The notes beneath the pieces were generated by a model. That model was not told the origin of the DNA. It made no database searches and worked only from the letters and a program-made list of their open reading frames with translations. From Pristiophorus japonicus (taxonomy: Eukaryota), in assembly GCF_044704955.1 (NCBI RefSeq), contig NC_091980.1, forward strand, positions 129,518,001 through 129,582,000: 64,000 nt of DNA, written 5' to 3'. Positions within the stretch are counted from its first letter, which is position 1. Every line of letters starts with the position of its first letter. Both the position numbers and the translations under genes were made by a program. Shown here in pieces: positions 1-16,316 of this stretch.

Positions 1-896
1 CGTTCAAGCCCGCATCCAACGGCCAGGCAGAACGGACAGTTCAGACCGTCAAGCAAAGCTTGCAACATGTGTCGAAAGGCTCCCTGCAGACCTAGTTGTC
101 CCAAGTACTGCTCAGCTACCGCACCAGACACCACTCACTCACCGGGATTCGCCCAGCTGAGCTGCTCTTGAAAAGAGTGCTTAAAACAAGGCTCTCTCTT
201 GTCCACCCTGACGTTCATGATCACGTGGAGGGCAAGCGACATCAACAAAGTGTGTACCATGTCCGCGTAAATTTGTCATGCGATATTGAGATCAATGGTC
301 CTATGTTTGTGCTCAATTATGGACATGGTCCCAAATGGCTCGCCAGCATGGTCACAGCCAAAGAGGGGAGTAGGGTGTTTCAGGCCAAACTGACCAATGG
401 ACAAATGCACAGAAAACATGTGGACCAAATCAAATTGCAGTTCACCAACAGCGACAAATAACCTGAAGAGGACCCAACCAAATTTGACCTTCCAACACAC
501 ACACACAAGTGGCAACTGACATCATAGTTGACCACAAAACTGAACTCACCATCCCCAGCAGCCCGGCAAGGCCGGCTGCCCAACAGCCCAGTGAAGAACG
601 GACCAACCCACCCTCACCAGCATTTGTACCGAGACGATCGACAAGGGAGCACAAAGCCCCAGATTGTCTCACCTTGTAAATAAGTGTACTGTTGACTTCA
701 CGGGGGAATGATGTTATGTATTTAACCCCTTGTAACCTGCATCACACCTGACTAGCAGAGGGCATCCCTTGGGAGCACAGTATATAAGCAGGCCACCCAC
801 GAGGTACTTGCACTCTGGAATTGTAATAAAGGAGCTAAGGTCACACTTGCTCATTACACACAGTACTCAGTCTAATCATTTATTATGAGTGTAACA
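1..896 (+). mobile_element. 3' end of a degenerate Gypsy LTR retrotransposon (integrase C-terminus, polypurine tract, 3' LTR 712-896); paralog of the element at 35590-44817
   Basis: ORF 96..461 (LLSYRT..HSLTG..PAELL) is integrase C-terminus; PPT cgggggaatga precedes an LTR with TG...CA ends, tatataa and aataaa; closely similar to 43938-44817. Confidence 0.9.
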
Positions 897-2207
897 AGCA
901 GTTTCTCCATCAATGTATCTATTTGTATTCAGTCCCATTTGCAATCAACCTCTCCAAATCCTACTGGATCTCCATGTGTCTCCTTCACCCTAAGAATGGA
1001 TTCAAATGTTGACACTGCAACTGTATTTTCCAATGTTTATAAGTTAATTAGTTGAGAACTACAGTGAGTGCAATGAAGTTGCTGTCTTCAGTCATTCCTC
1101 GTTAATGTCTTTGCATCTCTCAAAGTTTCCCGTCACCTTATTCGATCTGTGCTATTGTATGAAAATTCATCAATGGCAAAGGAAGCTTCTCACCACCTTG
1201 GGCTTTCTGTGCATATCGCCATCCCAATTCCACACAGGTAGTGACACTGAATTCAAAGAGATCATGTGGAAAGGATAAAAGGATCCCCAAACCCAATAAC
1301 CCCAAGGCCTGAATCGAAGTCTCTGGTGCCCACTGGGGTGGCCATTGAGTGTGACCATGTGATGTCCATCAGTTTGCTCGAAGCCCTTTGTGACCACAGG
1401 ACAGTCACTGCATCTTGGATCCTTCGACCAATACAGGTGTAAATACACAGACACATGTTCATTTCAGGTGGGTCAACTGTGCTCATTATTGGCATCTCCC
1501 CCAAAAGGGCAATGCCTGTGGCGTGATTGGTGGCTCCGGATCTGAATCACTGGCACCCCCCCGATCCATCTAAGGCAGAGTTTTAATCCAAGCGAACACC
1601 TCTCATCAGCTAATCCAGCACTGAACCACTTCTGCACTGAAACCAGACATCACAGCTTTGGATCTCAGAGAAACACCAACATGAAAGGGAAAGGGCCAGA
1701 TGTGAGAGATGAGAATTTGTTTTACGGCAAAGTGTTGTTTTGATCTGGAACACGCTGCCTGAAGTTACGGTTGTAGCAGTTTTAATAGCAACTTGGATAT
1801 ATAGGTGAAAAGCAAAAAATTGCAGGGCTATGGGGAAGGAGCTGAGGAGTGGGACTAATTGGATCGCTCTTTCAAAGAGCCTGCACAGGCACGATGGGCT
1901 GAATGGCCTCCTTCTGTGCTGTATGAATCTATGATGAGGCACAGTTACAGAACAACTGAAGAGGGTGTAAAAAAGAGTTACAAGGATAATATCAGAAATG
2001 CGAGGGTATACCTATCAGGAAAGGATGAACAGGATGGGTCTCTTTAACCTAGCCTCCCCTTAAATATGCTATTTGCTTCATTAATATGACTCCAATGGTT
2101 GTGATGGCCTCATGGCAATTTTATATTCTAACACATTGCTTCATGGTAATGTTGTCATTTGATTGCAGGTTTGTTTCATCCATTATACGTGAAATGTTGC
2201 TTTCCAG

Positions 2208-2829
<622 letters not shown>

Positions 2830-5800
2830 ACTGACTGGATGAAGCTTATTGTGCTTAGTACTTGTATTTCTATAATTTAGACCCAGTCCTGTCGGGAATG
2901 ATGGCTTGTGATTTTGTACAAAGAGCTGAGACCCATCACTGTAAATAAACTGTTCAACATTGGACTGGGTTTTGTCTCCTTGTAAATTTGAGTGGTTGCT
3001 TATTTTTCATTTTACATAACTTGGTTTATATCAAACAAGAATCAATCTAAGCTGTGCAACAGTGTGATGGCATTAAGTCCTATGAAATTTGTTTATCCTC
3101 TAGTGTAATGCCGATTGTATTAACTGGGATATACCTGTTGTAAGAACTAAAACGTTGAAGGGTGCATTTAGACAATTGACAGCCCCATGGGATATTGGCC
3201 CAGTGACCAAAAACCTGATCAGAGGTATGTATTAAGGAGGTACAGAGATGGTTAGGGAGGGATCTCCAGAGCTTGGACCTTAGATTTCTGTACAACATTA
3301 CCTGATCTCACTATCTGCCCTTACATAAATAACAATTAAATCCAACAAAATGCAAGTAGCTGTAAAATGTGTTCAACACCAGGAATGTTTTCCATTAAAC
3401 CAGTTTGCACTATTTCAGTCCAGTGAAGAATAAGTCCTGGATTAGCTTCCTATTTAGTGTAGCTGTCCTGTGAAGAGCAGTTTGTATTCAGTAACTGCTA
3501 CAGATCCTGTTCAGTTATCCAGGCAGTTCAGTAATGGAACTCCCAATTGCTGCTACAGGCTTTCTGTTAAGTTTTGTAGGCAGACAAGCAATGTCTCAGC
3601 ACACTGAGCTCTGGGCACTACAATTGGGTGAGGAGGGAAAGCAACAGGTGGCATCAGCTTGCTGTTACAGCTTCATTGGTTAGTGTGGTTCTGGGACAAA
3701 TTCTCTTCCGCCCGCTCCCATCATGGTTGAATAACACACCAACACAACCTAGATTCACATGAATAAGGAATTGGGTAAGGTTTGAAGGACTAACGGTACT
3801 CCAACAAACTATAATCCTTCTGGAAGGAGTAAATGTATTTCATTAATTCCACAAAGCAAAAGGCCCAAGAAGTTAAACCCATTTTTCCCCTGCCCTGGCC
3901 CCAATGCCTTCACCCTCAATTTATAAGCACACTATCAATTTGTATTTAGTCCCACTGTGCGTTACATAACCATCACCCTGGATTGGATCTCCATTTCTCT
4001 CCTTCATGGCTATGGATGGATACAAATGTTAATGCTGCAGCTCCAATAATCCAGTGTTTACAAGTTATTTTTAGGAATTTAGCTGAGAACTGTATTGGGT
4101 GCAATTAAATTGCCATGTGCAGACATTCCAGGTTAATGTCTTCGCAACTCTCAAATGACCCTTTGAGGTATAAATGTTACAAAATTCATATATTGATGAG
4201 CCACAGTTCCACGAGTCAGTCTGAGTCTGCATGCTGATGGATTCATGTATTCAACAAAGTCTCCAGCTCACTCGATGTGAAACTTTACAGGTGCTCATGT
4301 TTTAAGAATTACTTACAATTTACAGCACAGAAAAAGACAATTCGGGCCAACTGGCCCATGCTGTGGTTTATGCTCCATGTGAGCCTTCTCCCACCCCACT
4401 TCATCTAGACTTATTAGCATATCCTTCTATTTCTTTCTCCCTCGTGTTTATCTAGCTTCCCCTTAAATGCATCTATACTCTTTGCATTCAGAGTTATTAC
4501 TGCGTGTAGCTCAGTAAACGCACCACTGCTGTTGTGGATTCTCTATTAAGCTGTGTGGGCAAAGAAGCGAGTAACAGCTACAGAGACCAGCAATGTCTGA
4601 GCTCAAGGCCAGCATATATTGCCCGTCCCTAATTGCCTTTGAGAAGGTGCTGGTCAGCCATCTTCTTGAACCGCTGCAGTCTTGTGGTGAAGATACTCCC
4701 ACAATGCTGTTAGGGAGGGAGTTTCAGGATTTTCCTCCAGTGACGAAGAAGGAATGGCGATATATTTCCAAGTCAGGTTGGTGTGTAAGTTGAAGGGGAA
4801 CTTGCAACTGATAGTGTTCCCAAACATCTGCTGCCCTTTTCCTTCTAGGTGTTCGAGCTTTTGGGTTGGCAAGTGCTGCTGAAAAATCCTTGGTGAGTTG
4901 CTGCAGTGCATCTTGTCGATGGTACACACTGCAGCCATCGTGTGCCGGTGGTGGAGGCAGCGAATGGTGAAGGTGGTGGATGAGATGCCAATCAAGAGAG
5001 CTGCTTTGTCCTGGATGGTCTCATGCTTTTTCCGTATTGTTGAAGTTGCACTCATCCAGGTCAGTGGAGAGTATTCCACCACACTCCTGAATTGTGCCTT
5101 GTCGATGGTGGAAAGGCTTTTGGTTGTCAGGACATGAGATACACTCTGCAGAATACCCAGCCTCTGACCTGCTCTTGTTACCACAGTGTTTCTGCGGCTG
5201 GTCTAGTTAAGTTTCTGGTCAATGGTGACCCCAGGTTACGATGCTGGGGAATTCAGTGACAGTGAATGCTAAGGGCAGGTGGTTAGAATTTTGCTTGTTG
5301 CAGATGGCCATGGTCTGGCATTTGTGTGGCGCCATTGTTACTTGTCCCTTATCAGCCCAAGCCTGAATGTTGTCCAGGTCTTGCTGCATTTAGGCGTGGA
5401 CTGCTTCATTTCTCAGGTGTTGCAAATTGAACTGACCACTGTGCAATCATCAACAAACATCTCCACTTCTGGCCTTTATGATGGAGGGATGATCATTGAT
5501 GAAGCAGCATATGATAGTTGGCATAGGACACTGCCCTGAGGAACTCCTGCAGCTATGTCCTGGGGTGAGATGATTGACCTCCAGCAATCACAACCAACTT
5601 CCTTTGTGCTAGATATGACTCCAGCTAGTGGAGAGTTTTCTATATTTGCATTGACTTCAGTTTTACTAGGGCTCCTGATGCCGCACTCAGTCAGAAGCTG
5701 CCTTGATGTCAAAGGTAGTCACTCTCACCTCACCTGGAATTCAGCTCCTTTATACATGTTTGGACCAAGGCTGCAATGAGGTCAGGAGCCGAGTGGTCCT

Positions 5801-5881
5801 GGCGCAACCCAAACTGGACATCGGTGAGCAGATTATTGATGAGTACCACTGTCGACAACATCTTCCATCACTTTGCTGATA

Positions 5882-6364
5882 ATTTGCGCCCAGGAAGCTC
5901 CCACACACAATGTGATAATGACTGCGAAGTCAGGTCGCTCATTGCAGTGCGGGCAGGCACAGCAGGAGGGACGAAGAAGCGGCGAGAGTTTGTAGAAGGA
6001 TGTGCCAGGGGCTCAGGAGAGGCGTGAGTCTGGGGCCCAGAAGAGGTGAGGGCCCAGGGGCAGCACGAGCCAGCCCACATTGCCATTTGTGTACGCGCTC
6101 GGTTTGTGCAGCAGCACTAGTCTCCAGTCATCTTGGGTAATCCTTTAAACTGGACCAAGTCCTAGCTCTGTCAAGCCCGTGTGATGGATGGTGTGTAACA
6201 GCCACCACACGTTAAAAAAATCCAAGCACAGGCATCTTCCATCCTCCAAGATGTAGTTCAGGATCTGGAATATTAGGTCCTACATTGAAACACCTGTGAA
6301 TTCATCCCTTTTTGGCGAGGAAGCAAGTCATCCACATTTCGAGGGTCTGCCTATGATGATGATG
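5882..6364 (+). mobile_element. Non-autonomous RTE-tailed element/SINE
   Basis: 3' end gcaagtcatcc..gaggg.ctgcctatgatgatgatg matches the RTE 3' end at 7772; further copies at ~30140-30585 and ~50116-50592. Confidence 0.7.
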
Positions 6365-7771
6365 AATTGACTGATGGGGCGATAATTGACCTGAATGGAT
6401 TTGTCCTGCTTTTTGTGGACAGGATGTACCTGGGAAGTTTTTCACATTGTCGGGTAGATGCCAGTGTCTCTGTACTGGAACAGCTTGGCTCGAGGCGCGG
6501 CTAGTTCTGGACCATGAACTGGATGGGATGATATCGGAGCCTATTGCATTTACAGTATCCAGTGCGCCCAGCTGCTTCTTAATATCATGTGAAGTGAATT
6601 GAATTGGATGAAGGCTGGCTTCTGTGGTGGTGGGCACTTCAGGAGAAGGCCGAGAAAAATCATCCATGAGACACTTCTGGCTGAAGGTTGTTCAAATACT
6701 TCAGCCTTGTCTTTTGCACTCGAGTGCTGGGCTCCGCCATCATTGAGGATGGGGTTATTCATGGAGCCTCCTCCCTCCATTTGTTGTTTAATCATCTACC
6801 ACCATTCGTGACTGGATGTGGCAGGACTGCAGAGCTTTGATCTGATCCATTGATTGTAGGATCGCTTAGCTCTGTCTGTAGCATGTTACTTTCACTGTTT
6901 AGCATGCATGTCGTCCTGAGTTGCAGCTTCCCCAGGTTGACACCTCATTTTTAGATGCACCTGGCATTGCTCCTGGTATCCTCATCTGCACTCCTCATTG
7001 AACCAGGATTGGTCACTTGGTTTGATTTTAAAGCTAGAGTGAGGGATATGCTGGGCCATGAATTTACAGATTGTGGTGGAATACAACACTGCAGTTGCTG
7101 ATGACCCACAGTGCCTCATGGATGCCCCATTTTGAGCTGCTAGATCTGTTTTGAATCTATTCCATTTAACACTGAGGTTCAGCCACTCACCACGAAGGAG
7201 GGTGTCCTCAGTGTGAAGACAGGACTTCGTCTCCAAGGACTGTGTGGTGGTCACTGCTACCAAAGCTGTCATGGACAGATGAATCTGTGAAAGGTAGATT
7301 GGTGAGGACGAGGTCAAGTAGGTTTTACCCTTGTGTTCGTTCTCTCACCATCTATCGCAAGCCCAATCAGGCAGCTATATCGTTCAGGACTCAGCCCGCT
7401 TGGTCAGTGCAACAGAGCCACTCTTGGTGATGGATATTGAAGTCCATTGCTACTATCGGTGCTTCTTCCAAGTGGCCTTCAACATGGAAAAGTTCTGATT
7501 CAAGCTGAGGGAAGCTGATAGGACGTAATCAGCAGGAGGTTTCCATGCTCATGCTTAACCTGAACCCATTGGACTTGATCGGCTCCAGAGTAAATTTTGA
7601 GGACTACTACCGCTACTCCCTCTTGACTGTATACCACTGAGCTGACACCTCTGGTGGGTCTGCCCTTCCGGTGGGACAGGACATGCGAAGGGATGGTGAT
7701 GGAGGAATCTGGGACATTGGCTGAAAGTTATGATTCTGTGATTGTGACTATATCAGGCTGTTGCTTGATTA

Positions 7772-8432
7772 TCATCATCATAGGCAGTCCCTCAGAATCG
7801 AAGAAGACTTGCTTGCACTCCTGAAGTGATTTCTTTGGTGGCTGAACAGTCCAACACGAGAGCCACAGATAGTCGCTGAGGAAAGGGATGGGTGGGATTG
7901 GTTTGCCGCACACTCTTTCCGCTGCCTGCGCTCGATTTCTGCATACTCTCAGTGATGAGTCTCGAAGTGCTCAGCGCCATCTCGGATGCACTTCCACCAC
8001 TTAGGGCGGTCTTGGGCCAGGGACTCCCAGGTATCAGTGGGGATGTCGCACTTTATCAGGGAGGCTTTGAGAGTGACCTTATAGAGTTTCCGCTGCCCAC
8101 CTTTGGCTCATTTGCCATGAAAGAGCTCTGTGTGGAGCTCTTGCTTTGGGAGTCTCGTGTCTGGCATGTGAACTATATGGCCTGCCCAGCGGAGCTGATC
8201 GAGCTTGGTCAGTGCTTCAATGCTGGGGATGTTAGCCTGGACGAGGACGCTGATGTTGGTGCGCCTGTCCTCCCAGGGAATTTGTAGGATCTGGCGGAGA
8301 CATCGTTGGTGATATTTCTCCAGCAACTTAAGGTGTCTGCTGTACATAGTCCATGTCTCTGAGCCATACAGGAGGGCAGTTATTACTACGTCCTGTAGAC
8401 CATGAGCTCGGTGGCAGTTTTGAGGGCCTCGT
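7772..8432 (-). mobile_element. 5'-truncated RTE-clade LINE
   Basis: ORF 8108..8347 (RCLRQILQIPWEDRRTN...QLRWAGHIVHMPDTRLPKQ) is a typical RTE C-terminus; (ATG)n tail; 8-bp TSD cttgatta/cttgacta. Confidence 0.85.
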
Positions 8433-8885
8433 CTTGACTAACCTGTGGGACAGTTCTCCCCATTTAGACACAAGATACCAGATGTTAGTGAGGAGGACTT
8501 TGCAGGGTCGACTGGGCTGTGTGTACCATTGTCATGTCAGAAGCCGATGCCGAGGTCGATGCCGGGTGGTCAGTCCTGATTTATTCTTATTCATGTTTCT
8601 CGTAGCGGTTTGTTACAACTGAGTGGCTTGCTAGGCCATTTCAGAGGGCAGTTAAGAGTCAACTCCATTGCTGTGGGTTTGGAGTCGCATATAGGCCAGA
8701 CCGGGTAAGGACGGCGATTTCCTTCCCTAAGGGCATTAGTGAAGCAGATGGGTTTTTATGACAATCCGCTAGCTCGCTGGGCAACATTACTGATACTAGC
8801 TTTTTATTCCAGATTTTCATTTAATTAACTGAATTTAAAATTCCCCAGCTGCCATGGTGGGACTTTGAATCATTAGTCCAGGCCT

Positions 8886-9034
8886 TTTTATAGGGGGCAC
8901 TTGGAAGAAAAATACGATTTTGTGCCAAAAAAAAAAACACAAAAAAATAAAAGGGCCTTGGAAATGTTTGGTGTTTCCCCCAGATCGGGGGGCACGGTTT
9001 AATGTTTTTTGTTTGCTCCCAAAAGAGTTCATTT
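8886..9034 (+). mobile_element. 149-bp insertion resembling a Tx1-type 3' UTR tail
   Basis: Flanked by 10-bp direct repeat gtccaggcct (8876-8885 and 9035-9044); absent from the paralogous site near 56160; resembles 17680-17818. Confidence 0.7.
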
Positions 9035-10354
9035 GTCCAGGCCTCTGGATTACTCATCCAGTAACATAACCACTATGTTACCGCACTCTTTGCATCTCTC
9101 AATGGAACTTTTGGAGTATCGATGTCACCACAACTCATATGTTGATGAGTCACAATTCTACAATTCAGGTTGGGTTTGCGTGCTGATGGGTTTGACGGCT
9201 TCATGTCTCAGACAAAACAAATTATTCAGCTCACTTGATGTGAAAAATTTACAGGTGCCCATGTTTTAAGAATTACATAGAATTTACAGCACAGAAAAAG
9301 GCCATTCAGCCTGGCAAATTGCAGTGGTGAGCGGTCTTTCTCCAACGTAAAAGGCATCAAGGAGACGGTGAGGAACCGAATGGGACAAGATTGATTTAAT
9401 AGTCTTTCAATCATGAGCATTGAGGGCAAAGTACTGAGAGGACTTGACTTCGCACACTGAGCCTCCTTCCAACTTCATTAAACCTTATCAGCATATCCTT
9501 CCAATCTTTCCTCCCGCATGTGTTTATCCAACTTCCCCTTAAACGCATTTAAGCTTTTTGCCTCAACTACCCCTTTCGGTAGCGAGTTAAACATTTTAAA
9601 CACTCTCTGAGTAAAGAAGTTTCTCTTGAAGTTTCTCTTAGATTATTAATTCTAACTTTCTATATAATTCTATGGAGACCAGAACTGTGCACAACACTCC
9701 AAGTGTTGTCTAGCCAAGATTCTAGATAAATTTAACATGCTGCACAGGGATGTGGTTCAGCTGCAGGCGTTCCTCACTCTGAGCTCAGAACTGTGCTAAT
9801 GGCTAACCCTCATCTGTGCCTTTTTTCACTAGAATTGACTATTTCAATGCTCCCCTGCTAGCCTTACATGCTCCATAAACTTAAGCTTATCCAAAACTCT
9901 GCTGCCCGTATCCTAACACACACCTCGTCCCAATCACCCATAACCCCTGTGATTGTGGACCATCATTGGCTCCCGGTATGACAGCGCCTCAAATTCAAAA
10001 TGTTTAATCTTATATTTAAATCCCACCATGGCCCCTCCCTCACCTCTTTTCCCAGCACATTGATAACATCGGTGCTGTTTCCTGCTCTCACAGTAAACTG
10101 GAAAATTTAATTCACTATGTTTCCAATTTCTACCCTTCACTCACCTTCACATGGTCCATCTCTGTCCCTTCCCTTCCCTTTCTTAACTTCTCTGTCTCTA
10201 TTTCTAGACACAGTCTATCGACTAATTTCCAATGAGTTGTTTGGATGTTGCTTCAAACACGCAGATACCTGCAAATGACCAACCCACCGAACAATCCAGA
10301 ACTATTAAAAATACACTGACTCGCAAACAACAGAGGATTCAATGAATCTTTCAA

Positions 10355-10650
10355 GGTGGCCATTAACTGCTCCAGGCAGAGCATGGACGATGGGGTATTC
10401 TCTCTGTCTGCCTGCCTCTCTTCCGCGGCTATGTCAGTGCCCGGGTCTCCCTCGAGAGGGAGCACGCGATATCTGCCGGTCTGCTTCAGGCTTTCCATGA
10501 CCGCTGGGCACCAGAGGGACTGCAGTGCAACGTGGATACAGGGAACTAAATTATAATTTGAAAAGTTTTTAATGTTAGTTTTGTCATAATGTGGACCTTA
10601 CAGTTTATTCCCCCTTATAAAGTGGGCACTTACGGTTTAAGTGTTTCCGA
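10355..10650 (+). mobile_element. 3' fragment of a Tx1/L1-clade LINE upstream of ferritin B
   Basis: Translates to CLPLFRGYVSARVSLEREHA...AFHDRWAPEGL, a Tx1-like ORF2 C-terminus; paralog at ~57430-57720. Confidence 0.6.
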
Positions 10651-10769
10651 TATCTGATTTAATCATCCCAATTAATTAGCCCAAAGTGTAGAGGATTAAT
10701 TTAAACCTGTGATTCTGAATATTTGAACTGTGTTTGAGGAAATTTCGGACAATTGAGATCCTCATTGAG

Positions 10770-10945
10770 TTGTCAGCCAATGATGCTCACTTTTCAAAGA
10801 TCTGACTGGCTCTGGGAGTGCATCCCCCTCCTCCCTTTAATTGATTGGTGCTCTGAGAGGCTGCAACTTCTGATTGGATATTGAGAACTGTCACTCATCA
10901 TCTAGACTGCCACACCCTGGATTATCGCTCAGTATTAATACAGGA
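10770..10945 (+). promoter_or_regulatory. Ferritin B proximal promoter (CCAAT and inverted CCAAT boxes, TATA-like TATTAA at 10933)
   Basis: gccaat and two gattgg motifs, and cagtattaatacagg, conserved in position with copies C, D and F. Confidence 0.65.
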
Positions 10946-11018
10946 GTTTGAGGTTGGTTAAATGTTATCTTGGTACTTCTATAAAATTTATACTTCAGAA
11001 AAAATAAACACCACTAAC

Positions 11019-13645
<2,627 letters not shown>

Positions 13646-14229
13646 GACTCTGACCTACTTTTGACTTAGTACAGGCTAAGAGACCTGGGCTCTTGATGTG
13701 AAATGTAATTTACAGTATTGGACTGTAAATAAAATGTCCAATATTGGATTGGTTTTCTCTCCTTGCAAATTTGATTGGTTGCTTATTTTCTATTTATCAT
13801 AACTTGTTACAGTCCCAATATTGCACAAGGCTATACAATAGTCTTGCCCTGGGATTCAGTCATAGAATGCTAACAGCACAGGAGGCCATTCAGCTGGTTG
13901 AGCCTGTGCTGGCTCTCAGCAAGAACACTTCAGCAAGTTCCACTCCCATGCACTTTCCCTGTAGCCCTGTAATTTTTTTTTTCCTTCAGGTGCTTGTCCA
14001 ATTCCATGATTCAATCTACCACGACCACCCTCTCAGGCAGTGCAGTCCAGATATTAACCACTCCCTGCATAAAAGTTTTTCCTGAAGTCAGTTGTGGTTC
14101 TTCTGCCAATTGCCTTAAATCTGTCTGCTGGTTGTCTACCCTTCTGCAGGTGGGAACAGTCCTATAATTTTTTTTTTTTTGCTGTGGTAATTTAAATATT
14201 CATGACATATATTCATAAAAACATAAATA

Positions 14230-16075
14230 GAAGCAGTAGTAGGCTATTTGGCCCTTTATGCCCTTCAATGCCATTCAATATGATAATTGATCCTTTAAGT
14301 CACCATATTCCTGCTTTTACCCCATTGTCCTTCATGCCTTTGTATCAAGATATCTATATCCTTCCTAAAAAAATATATTCAATGACTTGGCTCCACTACC
14401 TTCTGTGGTGAAGAATTCCCTAGCTTCACCACTCTCTGACTGACTGAAAATGTCTCATCTCAGTGCTAAATTTCCTACCCTGTATCCTGAGCTTGTGCCC
14501 CTTTTTTTTTATTCTAGACTTCCTAGCCAGGGGAAACATCCTCCCTGCATCCAGTCTATCTAACCCAGTCAGAATTTTATGTTTCAATAAGATCTGCTAT
14601 CGCTCTTCTAGTGAATGTAGGCCTAATCGACCCCAATCTCTTTGTTCGACAATCCTTCCATCCCAGGAATCAGTCTGGTAAGCCTTTGCTGCGCTTTCTC
14701 GTGCTTAGAGACCCAAAACTGCGCACAATACTCCAGGTGTGGTCTCACCAAGGCCCTGTAAAACTGTAGCAGGACATGTATTGGGGAAAAAATTGGAAAT
14801 AATACATTTGGTTTCCTCCTCAACCTATTTGTGATTGACTAGAGTTCAAGCACTGATCCTTGTATCACACTAGTCACTGCCCACCACCCAGGAAAAGACC
14901 TGTTTATTCCTATTCGCTGTTTCCTATCAATTAACCAATTTTCAATCTATGCCAGTATATTACCCCCAATTCGATGTGCTTTAATTTTGCACACAACTCT
15001 TGTGGGACTTTATCCAAGGCCTTCTGAAAATCCAAATACATTACATCCACTGGTTCTCCCTTATCTAATTTATCAGTTATAGCCTCAAAAAAAAACTCCA
15101 GTAGGTTTGTCAAACACGGTTTTCCTTTCATAAATTCATGTTGACTAATAATAATTTCCTTTAATTCCTCTTGCTCACTAGATCCTTAGTTCCCTAGCAT
15201 TTCTGGGATGTTATTTGTGTTCTCTTCTGAGAAGACACAACCAAAGTATTTTTTAATTGTTCTGCCATCTCCTTGTTCCCCATTATAAATTATCTCATTT
15301 CTGACTAAAGGACCTACATTTGTCTTCACTAATCTTTTTCTTTTTACACACTTGGAGAAACATTTACGTCGGTTTTTATGTTCCTTGCACGTTTCGTCTC
15401 ATATTCTATTTTCCCCCTCTTAATCAATCTCTTGGTCCTTTTTTGCTGAATTCTAAACTGCTCCCAATCCTCAAGCTTGCTACTTTTTCTGGCAACATTG
15501 TATGACTCTGTTACACTCATAATAAACAGTGAGACTGAGAACTGTGTATGAAGAGCTAGTGTGACCGTAGCTCCTTTAATAAGATTACAGAGTGCAGGTA
15601 CCTCGTGGGTGGTCTGCTTATATACTGTGCTCCCAAGGGATGCTGGGATCCCTTGGGACTCCAATGGGTGGGCCCTCTGTGGTCAGGTGTAATGCAGGTT
15701 ACAAAGGGTTAAATACATAACAGACGACTCTTTGAATTGAATACTATCCTTAATTTCTTTTGTAAACCATGGTTGGGCCACTTTTCCTTTTGTGTTTTTG
15801 TGTCAGAATGCAATTCATGCATTCGTTCCTTAAATGTTATCCATTGACTGTCCACCTCATGCCTTTTAATCACTCTTCCCAAACTATCATAGCCATTCCT
15901 CATACCTTCGTAGTTTCCTTTGTTTAGATTTAGGACCCTGGTTTTGGCTTGGACTACTTCACTTTCCATCTTCATGAAGAATTCAATCATGTTATGGTCA
16001 CTCTTCCGTAAAGGACCCCGCACAACAAGACTATTAAGTAACCCCTTCTCATTGCACAATACCCAATCTACGATA
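14230..16075 (-). mobile_element. Degenerate CR1 LINE (shark HER1-like); paralog at ~61300-63205
   Basis: Fragments GKPCLTNLLEFF..GEPVDVMYLDFQKA, ALVRPHLEYCAQFW, GPLRKSDHNMIEF. Confidence 0.85.
15509..15722 (-). mobile_element. Solo LTR (family of the 35590 element) inside the CR1; paralog at 62626-62837
   Basis: Reverse complement matches LTRs 712-896 and 35590-35804; TG...CA ends. Confidence 0.85.
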
Positions 16076-16112
16076 GCTATTCAGACATGTTGAAGACCTA
16101 ATTTCAATTCTT

Positions 16113-16316
16113 TGTGTATATAATGACTCAAAAGTCTGGTTACTGTAAATTCACTCAGGTGCAACCTGATCCATCTTTATTCCAGCCCAAGAGTACCAGA
16201 GTGACAAAGACACCCAGCTTATATACAGGTGACCAAGCACACATGCATGCAGCCCGATGACGTCCGAACGTGGCGTGCTCTGGTGTCTGGTGACCCCCAA
16301 ACATTAATACATAACA
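16113..16316 (-). mobile_element. Solo LTR of a second family; paralog at ~63245-63447
   Basis: Minus strand starts tgttatgtatt, contains tatataag and aataaa, ends in CA. Confidence 0.65.

Larger units (their letters stand above)
4593..9085 (-). mobile_element. Degenerate CR1-group (L2/Crack-like) LINE with a tRNA-like 5' head, interrupted by RTE-related inserts
   Basis: Minus-strand fragments: APE endonuclease (QQPDIVTITES), DQSWFNEECR, RT (AGVPQGSVL), C-terminus (VVEYSPLTWM...IQDKAALLIG); tRNA-like arm near 9045-9085. Confidence 0.75.

Noticed and set aside
9045-9085. Functional tRNA gene
   Set aside because: Only an A-box-like segment and anticodon-like arm remain; the T-arm is degraded and interrupted, and it is part of a retroelement head
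10962-11018. In-frame upstream ATG giving ferritin B a 19-aa N-terminal extension (signal or mitochondrial leader)
   Set aside because: The ATG lies about 29 nt after the TATA-like box, at the expected TSS; it is out of frame in paralog F and the peptide resembles neither type of leader
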